Of a stretch of DNA of 64,000 bases, positions 38,664 through 47,621 are shown piece by piece. Origin of the DNA: an uncultured delta proteobacterium (lineage in GTDB: Bacteria > Desulfobacterota > Desulfobacteria > Desulfobacterales > UBA2156); NCBI GenBank assembly GCA_963698465.1, contig CAVOQY010000013.1, positions 420,559-484,558 of the forward strand, given 5' to 3'. Made by a program: the position numbers and the translations under genes. Positions within the stretch are counted from its first letter, which is position 1. Every line of letters begins with the position of its first letter. The notes under the pieces were generated by a model that made no database searches, had not been told where the DNA came from, and was given only the letters and a program-made list of their open reading frames with translations.

Positions 38664-39425
38664 TTATTTCATTTTCCACTTTTTCACGAGTTCATTCCAA
38701 TAGGGAGAGGCCTTGAGGCGTTTCAGGCCTTCGTTTAACAGGTCGTGCAGCTTGGCATCCTCTTTCCGAACGGCGTAGCCGTATTCGACATCGGGCTGCC
38801 CGTAGCTGCCGATGGATTTGACCGCCAAACCCTTGGTTTGCGCTTCTTTCAACGCGGTGTTTGAAACCGTCGCCGCATCTACGCGGCCATTGCCCACCTC
38901 TTCAATGGCCAGTTCCGTGGTATCGTAATTCAACAATTCAAATTTATAGCCTTTTTTAAGCAAGTTATCCGTAATCCACTTGGATTCGGCGCTTCCGCGC
39001 AGCAGGCCGATTTTTCGGCCCGGCTTCAGAGCTTCCTCGACGGTCAAATTGGAATCCTTTCGAACGACCAGCAACTGCTTGACCACCCAATACGGTTCGC
39101 AGAAATCTACCGCCGCTTTTCGTTCGGGGGTAATACTCATTCCCGAGGCGATCAAATCAATTTTTTTAGATTGAAGCGAGGGGACAATGGCTGCCCATTC
39201 GGTGGGCTGATGCTTGACCTTGAAACCCATCTCCTTTGCAATCCAATCGATGGCGTCCACATCGAAGCCCGCCGGTTTCCCGTTTTTATCGATAAAGGTA
39301 AAGGGCGGATAGGCGGCATCGAATCCGTTGATGTAGGCCTCTTCCGCCGCCATTGCTGAAGTCAATCCAAAGCCAATCACCAACGATGCAACCAGCGCCA
39401 TCACCCAGTTCCGGTTTTTCATCAC
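38664..39425 (-). CDS. Polar amino acid ABC transporter substrate-binding protein (family 3)
   Basis: Signal peptide, SBP_bac_3-like body (GFDVDAIDWIAKEMGFK, IDLIASGMSITPERK), and an AAGGAGA RBS. Confidence 0.9.
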   Translation of the reverse strand: MMKNRNWVMALVASLVIGFGLTSAMAAEEAYINGFDAAYPPFTFIDKNGKPAGFDVDAIDWIAKEMGFKVKHQPTEWAAIVPSLQSKKIDLIASGMSITPERKAAVDFCEPYWVVKQLLVVRKDSNLTVEEALKPGRKIGLLRGSAESKWITDNLLKKGYKFELLNYDTTELAIEEVGNGRVDAATVSNTALKEAQTKGLAVKSIGSYGQPDVEYGYAVRKEDAKLHDLLNEGLKRLKASPYWNELVKKWKMK

Positions 39426-39541
39426 CTGTTCTCCTTTTTTGTTTTATCCGGTTGATAAAAGACAGCGCCTCACCTCCTGACCCGACGATTTTTTCCTTTT
39501 AAGTCCGGCCCGGCGGAAAGCGTCAGTTTCAGGTCCAGTTT

Positions 39542-39572
39542 TGGGAAGCTCCTGGAACTAAACCGCTTCCCA
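39542..39572. promoter_or_regulatory. Candidate operator in the divergent ABC/hutU control region
   Basis: Perfect 8-bp inverted repeat TGGGAAGC (39542-39549) / GCTTCCCA (39565-39572). A third GGAAGC lies just downstream (39586-39591). Confidence 0.3.
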
Positions 39573-39738
39573 GTGACACAAGTTGCGGAAGCTGTCAATG
39601 GCAATTGGCCGCCGGCTGAAAAACGTGCCTTGGCGCCTGCCCTGTTAGATGCTATGATAAATATCTCTGCCCTGCAATGCTCCGGGGCCGACGCCGGCTT
39701 TGGACTTCAAAGGGATCTACGGCAAGGAGGAATCCCCC

Positions 39739-41445
39739 ATGAGCGGCCTATTCAAGGAAGCGTTGATCCAAAAGCTTGAAATCGGCTCCGGCCGTCCGAG
39801 AAGCGTGAAGTCGCCGGTGGGAAACCTGCTGCACTGCAAAGGCTGGCAGCAGGAGGCGGCCCTTCGCATGCTGTGCAACAATCTCGACCCGGAATGCGGC
39901 GAGCAACCCATGGAGCTCATCGTCTACGGAGGCACCGGAAAAGCCGCCCGCAACTGGCCCTGTTTCGACGCCATCGTGTTGTCCCTTCTGGATCTCGAAA
40001 ACGACGAAACCCTGCTGGTCCAGTCCGGAAAACCGGTGGGAATCCTGAAAACCCACCCTTACGCCCCCAGGGTCCTCATCGCCAACGCGAACCTCGTCCC
40101 CCGATGGGCTACCTGGGAGCACTTCCACGAGCTGGATCGGAAAGGGCTCATCATGTACGGCCAGATGACTGCAGGTTCCTGGATCTACATCGGCACGCAG
40201 GGGATTCTCCAGGGGACCTACGAGACGTTTGCCGTTTTGTCTGAAAAGCATTTTGCCGGCCCTCTCTCCGGCCGTACGGTGGTCACCGCCGGCCTGGGCG
40301 GCATGGGCGGCGCCCAGCCCCTGGCCGTGACGCTCAACGGCGGTGTCGCTCTATGCGCGGAAGTGGATCGACTGCGCATCCAGAGGCGCCTGGATACCGG
40401 ATACCTGGATGCCATGACCGAAAACACCGACGATGCCATCGCCATGGCAAGGAAAGCCTCAAGGGAGAAAAAGCCGCTTTCCGTCGGAATCCTCGGGAAC
40501 GCCGCCGAAATTCTCCCGGACCTGATTCAGAAGGGATTCATCCCCGACGTGGTCACGGATCAGACCAGCGCCCATGACGAATTAAACGGCTATGTCCCTG
40601 CCAAGATTCCCTATGAAGACGCTCTCCGGCTGCGCAAAACGGATCCCAAGCGTTATATCGACATGGCCCTCGATTCAATGGCCGTGCACTGCCGTGCGAT
40701 ACTGGAGATGAAGCGGCAAGGCGCCGTGGCCTTTGACTACGGCAACGCCCTGCGCACCCAGGCCTTGAAACGGGGGGTTAAAGAAGCCATGAGCTACCCC
40801 GGGTTCGTCCCCGCCTATATCCGAGATCTTTTCTGCCGGGGCGAAGGGCCCTTCCGCTGGGCCGCTCTATCGGGAAACCCCAAAGACATCGAAACGACGG
40901 ACGAAGCGTTGATCCAGACTTTTCCCGATAAAAAGCGGATGGTACGCTGGCTCGAAACGGCCGGACGGAAAGTCACCCACATGGGGCTTCCGGCCCGCAT
41001 CTGCTGGCTGGGCTACGGGGAGCGGGACAAGGCTGGAAAACTCTTCAACGATCTGGTGGCGCACGGCCGCGTCTCGGCACCCCTGGTCATCGGGAGAGAT
41101 CACCTGGACTGCGGCTCCGTCGCGTCTCCGTACCGGGAAACGGAGGGGATGAAAGACGGCTCCGATGCGGTGGCGGACTGGGCCCTGCTCAACTGCATGG
41201 TCAACGTCGCCTCCGGAGCAAGCTGGGTCTCCTTCCATGACGGCGGCGGCGTCGGGATCGGCTACTCCCTTCATGCGGGACAGGTCACCGTGGTGGACGG
41301 TACGCCGGAAGCGGAGCTCAAAGCCACCACGGTCTTGAGAAACGATCCCGGGACGGGGATCCTGCGCCATGCGGACGCCGGATATGACCTTGCCCTGGAC
41401 ATGGCCCGATCCCGGGGGATCAAAATTCCTATGCCTGCAGGCTGA
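39739..41445 (+). CDS. hutU: Urocanate hydratase
   Basis: ORF opens at 39700; the ATG at 39739 follows an AAGGAGG RBS. Urocanase-typical sequence throughout ([54 protein letters not shown]). Confidence 0.95.
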   Translation: MSGLFKEALIQKLEIGSGRPRSVKSPVGNLLHCKGWQQEAALRMLCNNLDPECGEQPMELIVYGGTGKAARNWPCFDAIVLSLLDLENDETLLVQSGKPVGILKTHPYAPRVLIANANLVPRWATWEHFHELDRKGLIMYGQMTAGSWIYIGTQGILQGTYETFAVLSEKHFAGPLSGRTVVTAGLGGMGGAQPLAVTLNGGVALCAEVDRLRIQRRLDTGYLDAMTENTDDAIAMARKASREKKPLSVGILGNAAEILPDLIQKGFIPDVVTDQTSAHDELNGYVPAKIPYEDALRLRKTDPKRYIDMALDSMAVHCRAILEMKRQGAVAFDYGNALRTQALKRGVKEAMSYPGFVPAYIRDLFCRGEGPFRWAALSGNPKDIETTDEALIQTFPDKKRMVRWLETAGRKVTHMGLPARICWLGYGERDKAGKLFNDLVAHGRVSAPLVIGRDHLDCGSVASPYRETEGMKDGSDAVADWALLNCMVNVASGASWVSFHDGGGVGIGYSLHAGQVTVVDGTPEAELKATTVLRNDPGTGILRHADAGYDLALDMARSRGIKIPMPAG

Positions 41446-41468
41446 CCCTTGAAATGAAGGAGAACCGG

Positions 41469-42386
41469 ATGCCGACGCCTTTGGTCGAATGCGTTCCCAA
41501 TTTCAGCGAAGGCCGCGACCCTCGGGTTATCGAAGCCATCGTGAGGCCTTTCCAAACCACGAAAGGGTGTGTGCTTCTGGATCACCGAGCCGATTATGAT
41601 CACAACCGCCTGGTGGTGAGTCTTGCCGGGCCTCCCGGCCCTGTCGAGGAAGCCGTCCTGGAGGCCTCAAGGATCGCCATAGAAAAGATCGATCTCGAGA
41701 GTCACCGGGGCGGACATCCCCGCATCGGAGCCGTGGATGTGATCCCCTTCACTCCCATCCAGGACATTCAAATGGAAGACTGCGTCCGTATCGCCCGGGA
41801 TTTCGGCCGCCGCTTCCACGAAGAGACGTCCGTCCCGGTCTATTTCTACGAAGAAGCCGCTTTGAAACCCGAACGGCGTCGGCTCGAAACCCTGCGGAAA
41901 GGGCAATACGAAACCCTCAAGACTGAGGTCGTCCTTCCAGAACGCCACCCCGACATCGGTCCGCCCAAACTGCACCCCACCGCCGGGGCCACGGTCATCG
42001 GCGCCCGAAAGTTCCTCATCGCCTTCAACGTCAACCTGGCGACCCGAGATGTTCAGGTGGCCCGGAGCATCGCACAGGCGGTGCGGGCCTCGGGCGGCGG
42101 GCTCTGCCACGTCAAGGGGATCGGACTGTCCCTTGAAAAGCAGGGATCGACCCAGGTGAGCCTGAACATCGTCGACTATGAAAAAAATGCCCTGTACCGC
42201 GTGTTGGAACTCATCCGGATGGAAGCCAAACGGTGGGGCGTTTCCGTGGCTGAAACCGAGGTTTATGGCATGGTCCCCGCCGCCGCGCTTCTGGACAGCG
42301 TCGCCTATTACATGCAGCTGTCCGGATTCCAGAGGACCCAAGTCATCGAGCTGGCCATGCTGGCCCTGAAAGAAAATGCCGAATAG
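41469..42386 (+). CDS. Glutamate formimidoyltransferase (FtcD N-terminal-type, stand-alone)
   Basis: LVECVPNFSEGRD N-terminus. An AAGGAG RBS precedes the ATG at 41469 (ORF opens at 41454). Confidence 0.9.
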   Translation: MPTPLVECVPNFSEGRDPRVIEAIVRPFQTTKGCVLLDHRADYDHNRLVVSLAGPPGPVEEAVLEASRIAIEKIDLESHRGGHPRIGAVDVIPFTPIQDIQMEDCVRIARDFGRRFHEETSVPVYFYEEAALKPERRRLETLRKGQYETLKTEVVLPERHPDIGPPKLHPTAGATVIGARKFLIAFNVNLATRDVQVARSIAQAVRASGGGLCHVKGIGLSLEKQGSTQVSLNIVDYEKNALYRVLELIRMEAKRWGVSVAETEVYGMVPAAALLDSVAYYMQLSGFQRTQVIELAMLALKENAE

Positions 42387-42463
42387 CCCTGCACGCTTCT
42401 TACGGCGAACCTTTCCAGGCCGCGGCAGGCGACGCCGGGAAAAAAGGAAAGCGTAGATCACCC

Positions 42464-43093
42464 ATGAAAACCAGAGAAACCGCCATCGGCGAATTCCTCG
42501 AAAGGCTCGCCGGAGGCTCGGCAACACCTGGGGGCGGCAGCGTCGCCGCCCTGGCAGGGGCATTGGGCGCAGCCCTTTGTGCCATGGTCGGACGGCTGAC
42601 CGTAGACCGCCCCAAGTTCCAGGAGGTCGCCTCCGAAATGCGCCAGATGCTTGAGGCCGCCGACCGCCTGTCTTTGGATCTGCTGGATCTCGCGGATAAG
42701 GACATCGAAGCCTACACCCGCGTCATGACGGCTTATAAAATGCCCAGAGAAACCCAGGATCAAAAGACGCTCCGCCAGGAAGCGATCCAGAACGCCTTCA
42801 AGCAGGCATCTGCGATTCCGATTCAAATCTTGCAGACGATGGAAGCGGTGGTCGGCCTCGTGGAAAAAGCGATGTCCGAGGGCAACCCCAATTGCATCAC
42901 CGATGCCGCTGTCGCCGCCGAGCTGGTCCGGGCCGCCTCCAAGGGGGCCGCCTACAACGTAAAGATCAACCTGACCGCGGTGAAAGACCCGGATTTCGTC
43001 CAGCAGGCCCGCTCCGAACTCTCGCAACGGCTTCCGAAAATACTGTCGGTTTGCGATAAACTCCAGCAGACCATCGACGCGCGCCTCGGGTGA
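42464..43093 (+). CDS. Formimidoyltetrahydrofolate cyclodeaminase (FtcD C-terminal-type, stand-alone)
   Basis: ATPGGGSVAALAGALGAALCAMV motif, 209 aa. Confidence 0.85.
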   Translation: MKTRETAIGEFLERLAGGSATPGGGSVAALAGALGAALCAMVGRLTVDRPKFQEVASEMRQMLEAADRLSLDLLDLADKDIEAYTRVMTAYKMPRETQDQKTLRQEAIQNAFKQASAIPIQILQTMEAVVGLVEKAMSEGNPNCITDAAVAAELVRAASKGAAYNVKINLTAVKDPDFVQQARSELSQRLPKILSVCDKLQQTIDARLG

Positions 43094-43094
43094 C

Positions 43095-44324
43095 ATGCAC
43101 TTAAAGTCGACCTTGTGGGTGAACCTCCATCTGGCCACCATGACCCGGGACCGCCCTTACGGGGCCATCGAAAACGGTGCCCTGGCTACTTCGGGCCCCA
43201 AGATCGCCTGGGTCGGCAGGGAAAGGGATCTTCCGCCCCCGCTGAGGGACCCCTCGCTGCCCGTGCACGACGGCAGGGGGGCATGGGTGACTCCAGGCCT
43301 CGTGGATTGCCATACCCATCTGGTGTATGCAGGCAACCGCGCCCGGGAGTTCGAACTCAGGCTCCAAGGCGCCTCCTATGAATCCATCGCGCGAAGCGGA
43401 GGCGGCATCCTTTCCACGGTCTTGGCCACCAGAGCCGCCGGGGAATCGGAGCTGTTTTGCCAAAGCGCGTCGCGCTTGAAATCCATGCTGGCCCAGGGCG
43501 TGACCACCGTCGAAATCAAGTCAGGGTATGGTCTCGACCTGGTTACCGAACTGAAGATGCTCCGCGTGGCGCGCCTCTTGGGGAAACGGTTCCCCGTCAC
43601 CGTGCTCCCCACGTTTCTGGGCGCCCACGCCGTCCCCCCCGAATTCAAAGGCGACGGCGACGCCTATATCGATTTCGTTTGCCGGGAAGTGCTTCCGGAA
43701 GCGGCGGATCAGGGCCTTGCCGTTGCCGCGGACGCCTTCTGTGAAGGCATCGGATTCACCCGGAACCAGACGGAAAAAGTGTTCCGGGCGGCCCGAAAAC
43801 ACGGCCTGGGGATCCATCTTCATGCGGAACAGTTTACGAACCAGGCCGGAGCCGAACTGGCCGCCCGCTTCAAGGCGCTTTCCGCCGGCCACCTGGAGCA
43901 TCTTTCGGCAAAAGGGGCCGAGGCAATGGGCCAAAGCGACACCGTGGCGGTTTTGCTTCCCGGAGCCTTTTACTTCCTCCGTGAAAAAAAGCTTCCTCCC
44001 GTCGACCTGCTCCGCCGGTACGCCGTCCCCATGGCGGTCTCCACGGACTGCAACCCCGGCTCCAGCCCTACGGTTTCCCTGCTTCTCATGCTCAACATGG
44101 CCTGTACCCTCTTCGGGTTGACCCCGGAGGAAGCCCTTTCGGGAACGACCCGAAACGCCGCCAAGGCGTTGGGCCTGGAAAAACGCCTGGGCACCCTGGA
44201 AGCCGGAAAGGATGCCGACTTCGTCCTGTGGGATGTCGCCTCGCCGGGGGAACTCGCCTATACTTTTGGAGCCAACCCCTGCCGAGGGGTCGTCCGGCAG
44301 GGGAAAAACGTCGGCTCCGGTTGA
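43095..44324 (+). CDS. hutI: Imidazolonepropionase
   Basis: Amidohydrolase fold with VDCHTHLVYAGNR, GGGILSTV, EIKSGYGL and DCNPGS. Confidence 0.9.
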   Translation: MHLKSTLWVNLHLATMTRDRPYGAIENGALATSGPKIAWVGRERDLPPPLRDPSLPVHDGRGAWVTPGLVDCHTHLVYAGNRAREFELRLQGASYESIARSGGGILSTVLATRAAGESELFCQSASRLKSMLAQGVTTVEIKSGYGLDLVTELKMLRVARLLGKRFPVTVLPTFLGAHAVPPEFKGDGDAYIDFVCREVLPEAADQGLAVAADAFCEGIGFTRNQTEKVFRAARKHGLGIHLHAEQFTNQAGAELAARFKALSAGHLEHLSAKGAEAMGQSDTVAVLLPGAFYFLREKKLPPVDLLRRYAVPMAVSTDCNPGSSPTVSLLLMLNMACTLFGLTPEEALSGTTRNAAKALGLEKRLGTLEAGKDADFVLWDVASPGELAYTFGANPCRGVVRQGKNVGSG

Positions 44325-44391
44325 CGCGCCTTGCGCTCAAGCACGTCCCACCTTATTTTCTGGATGTAACGCCAACAAAAGGAGGTCAACG

Positions 44392-44895
44392 ATGCGAGAA
44401 ACCAAGTCCCAGGAAATTTTAAAAAACGCGATCCTTCTGGAAAAACGGGGAAAGGCTTTTTACGAAAAAGTCGCCAAGCAGGCGTCGGACAAATCGACAA
44501 AGGCCTTTTTTCAGAAAATGGCGAAGGAGGAAAAATCCCACATCGAAATCTTGTCCGAGCAATTCAGGGCCTACCAGGGGAAAGGCAAATTCGACACCGG
44601 CTGTCTTGCCGGAAGGCCCTCGGCAAAAATCGCCTCCGCGGTCTTCACTCCGGCGCTGTCCCGGAAGATCGATGCCGCATCGTTTGAGGCGGCCGCCATT
44701 TCCGCGGCCATGGCCATGGAGGAAGCCGCCATTCGGCTTTACGCCGATCGCGCCAAGAAGGCCCGAGACCGCCACGAGAAGGCCCTGTACCGTTGGCTTG
44801 TCGAATGGGAAACCTCCCATCTCGAGATGCTCTCCAAAATCGATCAGGATCTCAAGGAGAGCATCTGGCACGACAACGCCTTCTGGCCGTTTTAA
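44392..44895 (+). CDS. Ferritin-like / rubrerythrin-family diiron protein (no rubredoxin domain)
   Basis: ATG at 44392 after an AAAGGAGG RBS (ORF opens at 44212). Paired E...ExxH-type helices (KMAKEEKSHIEIL, LVEWETSHLEML). Confidence 0.75.
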   Translation: MRETKSQEILKNAILLEKRGKAFYEKVAKQASDKSTKAFFQKMAKEEKSHIEILSEQFRAYQGKGKFDTGCLAGRPSAKIASAVFTPALSRKIDAASFEAAAISAAMAMEEAAIRLYADRAKKARDRHEKALYRWLVEWETSHLEMLSKIDQDLKESIWHDNAFWPF

Positions 44896-44991
44896 GGAAA
44901 GCTGTCACGGTTACCCCAAATCGGCGATCTTGAACTGGATGACCTGGAAAGAGGCCAAGGGCTGCCCGAACTGCCTGCGGCCCTTGGCGTG
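44539..44991. repeat. Direct repeat copy A (left flank of the accessory segment)
   Basis: Hand alignment. 44539-44920 matches 51951-52331 with 6 substitutions and 1 single-base indel. 44921-44991 matches 52602-52672 with 2 substitutions. Confidence 0.9.
44911..44991 (-). pseudogene. Acyl-CoA dehydrogenase remnant (internal fragment fused to the last codons and stop)
   Basis: The reverse translation HAKGRRQFGQPLASFQVIQFKIADLG* matches residues of the intact ACAD at 52322-53464. It lacks the 270 bp corresponding to 52332-52601. Confidence 0.75.
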
Positions 44992-45110
44992 AGAAATCTT
45001 TACGGGCCACTTTCCTGATTTCCGAAACAGCCTCTTTGAACCTTTGGCAAGGTAATGGAGACCCTTTTCAAGCAAAGGCGTGCCTTAAAAAGAGTGTTGT
45101 AAAGGTCCAT

Positions 45111-46256
45111 TTATCCAGAAAGCTCATCCCAACAAAGGTCATAGCTTGTGCTCCTACCACCGCCTGGATTGGGTCGAAGGATGCCCTTTTGAACAAGATC
45201 TGCCAGTTCTCTCTGAGCCGTTGCCCTGCTGACATGGGTCATGCCGGCATATTTTCGATTTGTCATACCCCCTTCAAAACCACCGGGACCAGCATCAAGC
45301 AAGCGGTTAAGAATTTTACTCTGACGCTCTTTAATGTTGACCTGTGCGTAGTGTTTCCAGAACCGAGGCTTTAACATTACATTGTCCAGGAGTTTGTTTG
45401 AGCTTAAAATAGCTCTGGACATAGACCCCAAAAACCATTCCATCCACGCGGTCAAATCGCCTTCACCTTTGTTGGTAAGCTCGAGGATCCCATAGTAGTT
45501 CTCTCGTTCTGCCATGATCTGTGAAGAGAGGCTATAGTACCTTGTTGACAGATTTTCATCCTGAGCAAGGGCCATCTCCGTTAATGCCCGGGCAACTCTT
45601 CCGTTTCCATCCTCAAAAGGATGCACCGCTACGAACCACAGATGGGCTATGCCAGCCCGAAGAAATCCGTCCAGTTCTTTAGGGCTTTTTTCCCACCAGG
45701 AAAAGAAACGGTCCATTTCTCTTTCCAAGCCTTCTGCCGGCGGCGCTTGGTAATGGATTATTTCCCGTCCAATAGGACCCGATACAACTTTCATCGGTCC
45801 ATTACGATCATCGCGCCAGGATGCGACTTTAATCTTGTGCATACCTGAATAACCTCCGGGGAACAGAGCGGCATGCCAGCCGAACAGCCTTTCAGGACTC
45901 AGCGCCTGCCTGAAGTTCTGCGTAGCATCCAGCAATATTTGAACGACCCCATCGGCCTGCTGATTTTTTTTCGAAACCATACCGGCTGTCGGCAGGCCAA
46001 GCCGTTGGGCCACTGAAGACCGAACTGCCTTGGGGTCCAGACGTTCACCTTCAATTTCACATGTTTTCAGGGCCTCTTCGATCAACACTTCGGCTCTTGC
46101 CTGCTGCTTGACGTCGAACCCCAGATCCTTCATTTGAGTCAACAAGGAACCTTGCTGGAATCGGCAAATACCTATTTGCTTGAGAAGAATTGCATTGTCC
46201 CAACGAAAATGAGGCCATGACGGCTGCTGCCAAATGTATTGCAATTTTCGAGTCAT
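45111..46256 (-). CDS. Fic-family protein (class II, with N-terminal inhibitory helix motif and C-terminal wHTH-like region)
   Basis: Fic active-site motif HPFEDGNGRVAR, and the inhibitory motif TCEIEG matching [ST]xxxE[GN]. GC content is lower than in the flanks. Confidence 0.9.
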   Translation of the reverse strand: MTRKLQYIWQQPSWPHFRWDNAILLKQIGICRFQQGSLLTQMKDLGFDVKQQARAEVLIEEALKTCEIEGERLDPKAVRSSVAQRLGLPTAGMVSKKNQQADGVVQILLDATQNFRQALSPERLFGWHAALFPGGYSGMHKIKVASWRDDRNGPMKVVSGPIGREIIHYQAPPAEGLEREMDRFFSWWEKSPKELDGFLRAGIAHLWFVAVHPFEDGNGRVARALTEMALAQDENLSTRYYSLSSQIMAERENYYGILELTNKGEGDLTAWMEWFLGSMSRAILSSNKLLDNVMLKPRFWKHYAQVNIKERQSKILNRLLDAGPGGFEGGMTNRKYAGMTHVSRATAQRELADLVQKGILRPNPGGGRSTSYDLCWDELSG

Positions 46257-46604
46257 TTCACACTTTTATTCGGCTCATTTTTTGAGGCGATAATAGACCA
46301 TAATTGACTCATTGGCAATGATTTTCTTAACGGTTATCCTCAGGTAAAAATATTCGAAAGTTACCCGGACACCTATGACCTTTAGTTCCTTCTGAAACTC
46401 TTGTTGGGCGATGATAGCCGAATTGCACCGCCGGTATCATGTCGAGGACGTTCCATCGAACAAACAAATTTTCGCTCTATCGGCCAAATTTTGGAATTCC
46501 GCCATCATGATATAGGGAACCTCTCGGTACCTTAACCCAACATATTGGTTCGGCACGGATATTGCTGTTGAAGTTCCTCCATCGGGAATCGAGGGGGAAT
46601 ATCC

Positions 46605-46775
46605 GTGCCCGCAGCCGTTTACCGTCCCCGAAAACCTCAGAACTCGCCGTATTACCAAAAAACCTGGTCGCGGCTGATCCAAAAGATCTGCGAAGTCGAT
46701 CCCTTAACCTGCCCCAAATGCCAGGGGAAAATGCGGGTGATCGCGTTTATTGAAGATCCGGAGGTGATCAAATGT
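46605..46775 (+). mobile_element. IS91-family transposase C-terminal remnant
   Basis: The translation ...TWSRLIQKICEVDPLTCPKCQGKMRVIAFIEDPEVIK resembles the conserved C-terminal zinc-ribbon tail of IS91-family transposases. No upstream catalytic part is present, and the surrounding DNA is AT-rich and non-coding. Confidence 0.55.
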
Positions 46776-47020
46776 GTATCGATTCATCCGAAGTGCACGG
46801 CAACGAAACGTTCCCATATCTTGGGGTGTAGACAGGGTCGGAACAGAATTCGTTTTCACACTCTATCCGCACCTAAAAAAGCGCTTTCTTATCATTTAGC
46901 ATCCGTTTCGAATCCGGCATTAATGGCGTGCCGGTTTTGTCCGGTCATTGAAGCACTTTGACTCACGCAACTTCCTCTACTTTCCTATATCGCGATTCAA
47001 TGATATATTATTGATAAAAA

Positions 47021-47539
47021 TCACTTCTTCCCTAAAATCTTATGGCGGTCGATGTGAAACAGGTTCAGTGAAAGGTCGGCGATTTCAGGTGCTTCGTTGA
47101 GCCAATGCCGTAAGTTTCCCAAAAGATTGGCGGCATAAGGATTCTGGCGGCCGTCGGCGAGCAGATAGTTGACCCACAACCCTTTTTTACGGGAAACCAC
47201 CAGGCCGGCTTCTTCCAGGATCTTCAAATGTTTGCTGGCGGTGGATTGCGCCGTTCCCAGGGCTGTATGAATCTCGCACACGCACATCTCCCGCTTTTCC
47301 AGCATCTTCAAGATCTTGACCCGGGTCGGATCGGACGCGGCCTTCATGACTTTTAAAAACAGTTTCACCCTAACCTCAATATCGTGTTTATGGAATATAT
47401 TAAACCGATCCGCCTTGTCAAGGTAAAATTTTTTCACAGCAGCCGGGGGCCCAATGCGAATGTTTTCTACCCAAGCCCAGCACCCTGCATTCTTTGATGA
47501 CGGCGATTCGGCATCCTGAAAGCCGTCGGCCTTGATCAT
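47021..47539 (-). CDS. ArsR/SmtB-family transcriptional regulator
   Basis: ASDPTRVKILKMLEKREMCVCEIHTALGTAQSTASKHLKILEEAGLV is a typical ArsR wHTH. The true start is uncertain; an internal ATG at 47347 would give 108 aa. Confidence 0.8.
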   Translation of the reverse strand: MIKADGFQDAESPSSKNAGCWAWVENIRIGPPAAVKKFYLDKADRFNIFHKHDIEVRVKLFLKVMKAASDPTRVKILKMLEKREMCVCEIHTALGTAQSTASKHLKILEEAGLVVSRKKGLWVNYLLADGRQNPYAANLLGNLRHWLNEAPEIADLSLNLFHIDRHKILGKK

Positions 47540-47621
47540 GATAGCGCCGGATTCGAACTTGCGGCTGACCCGGTTTGTGGGTTAGAAGAAAAGGAGATCA
47601 TCATTTGCCAGGGAGGGTGTT

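Noticed and set aside
39600-39660. Possible sigma54 (-24/-12) promoter upstream of hutU (TGGCAATTGGCC, TGGCGCCTGCCC)
   Set aside because: The GG/GC spacing does not fit the TGGCAC-N5-TTGC consensus in either candidate.
47541-47580. tRNA-like GGATTCGAAC (T-loop-like) motif that could have marked a tRNA att site at the island
   Set aside because: Only 3 of 5 T-stem pairs can form. There is no acceptor stem or CCA context, and the candidate anticodon loop lacks U33. It also lies well inside the island rather than at a boundary.
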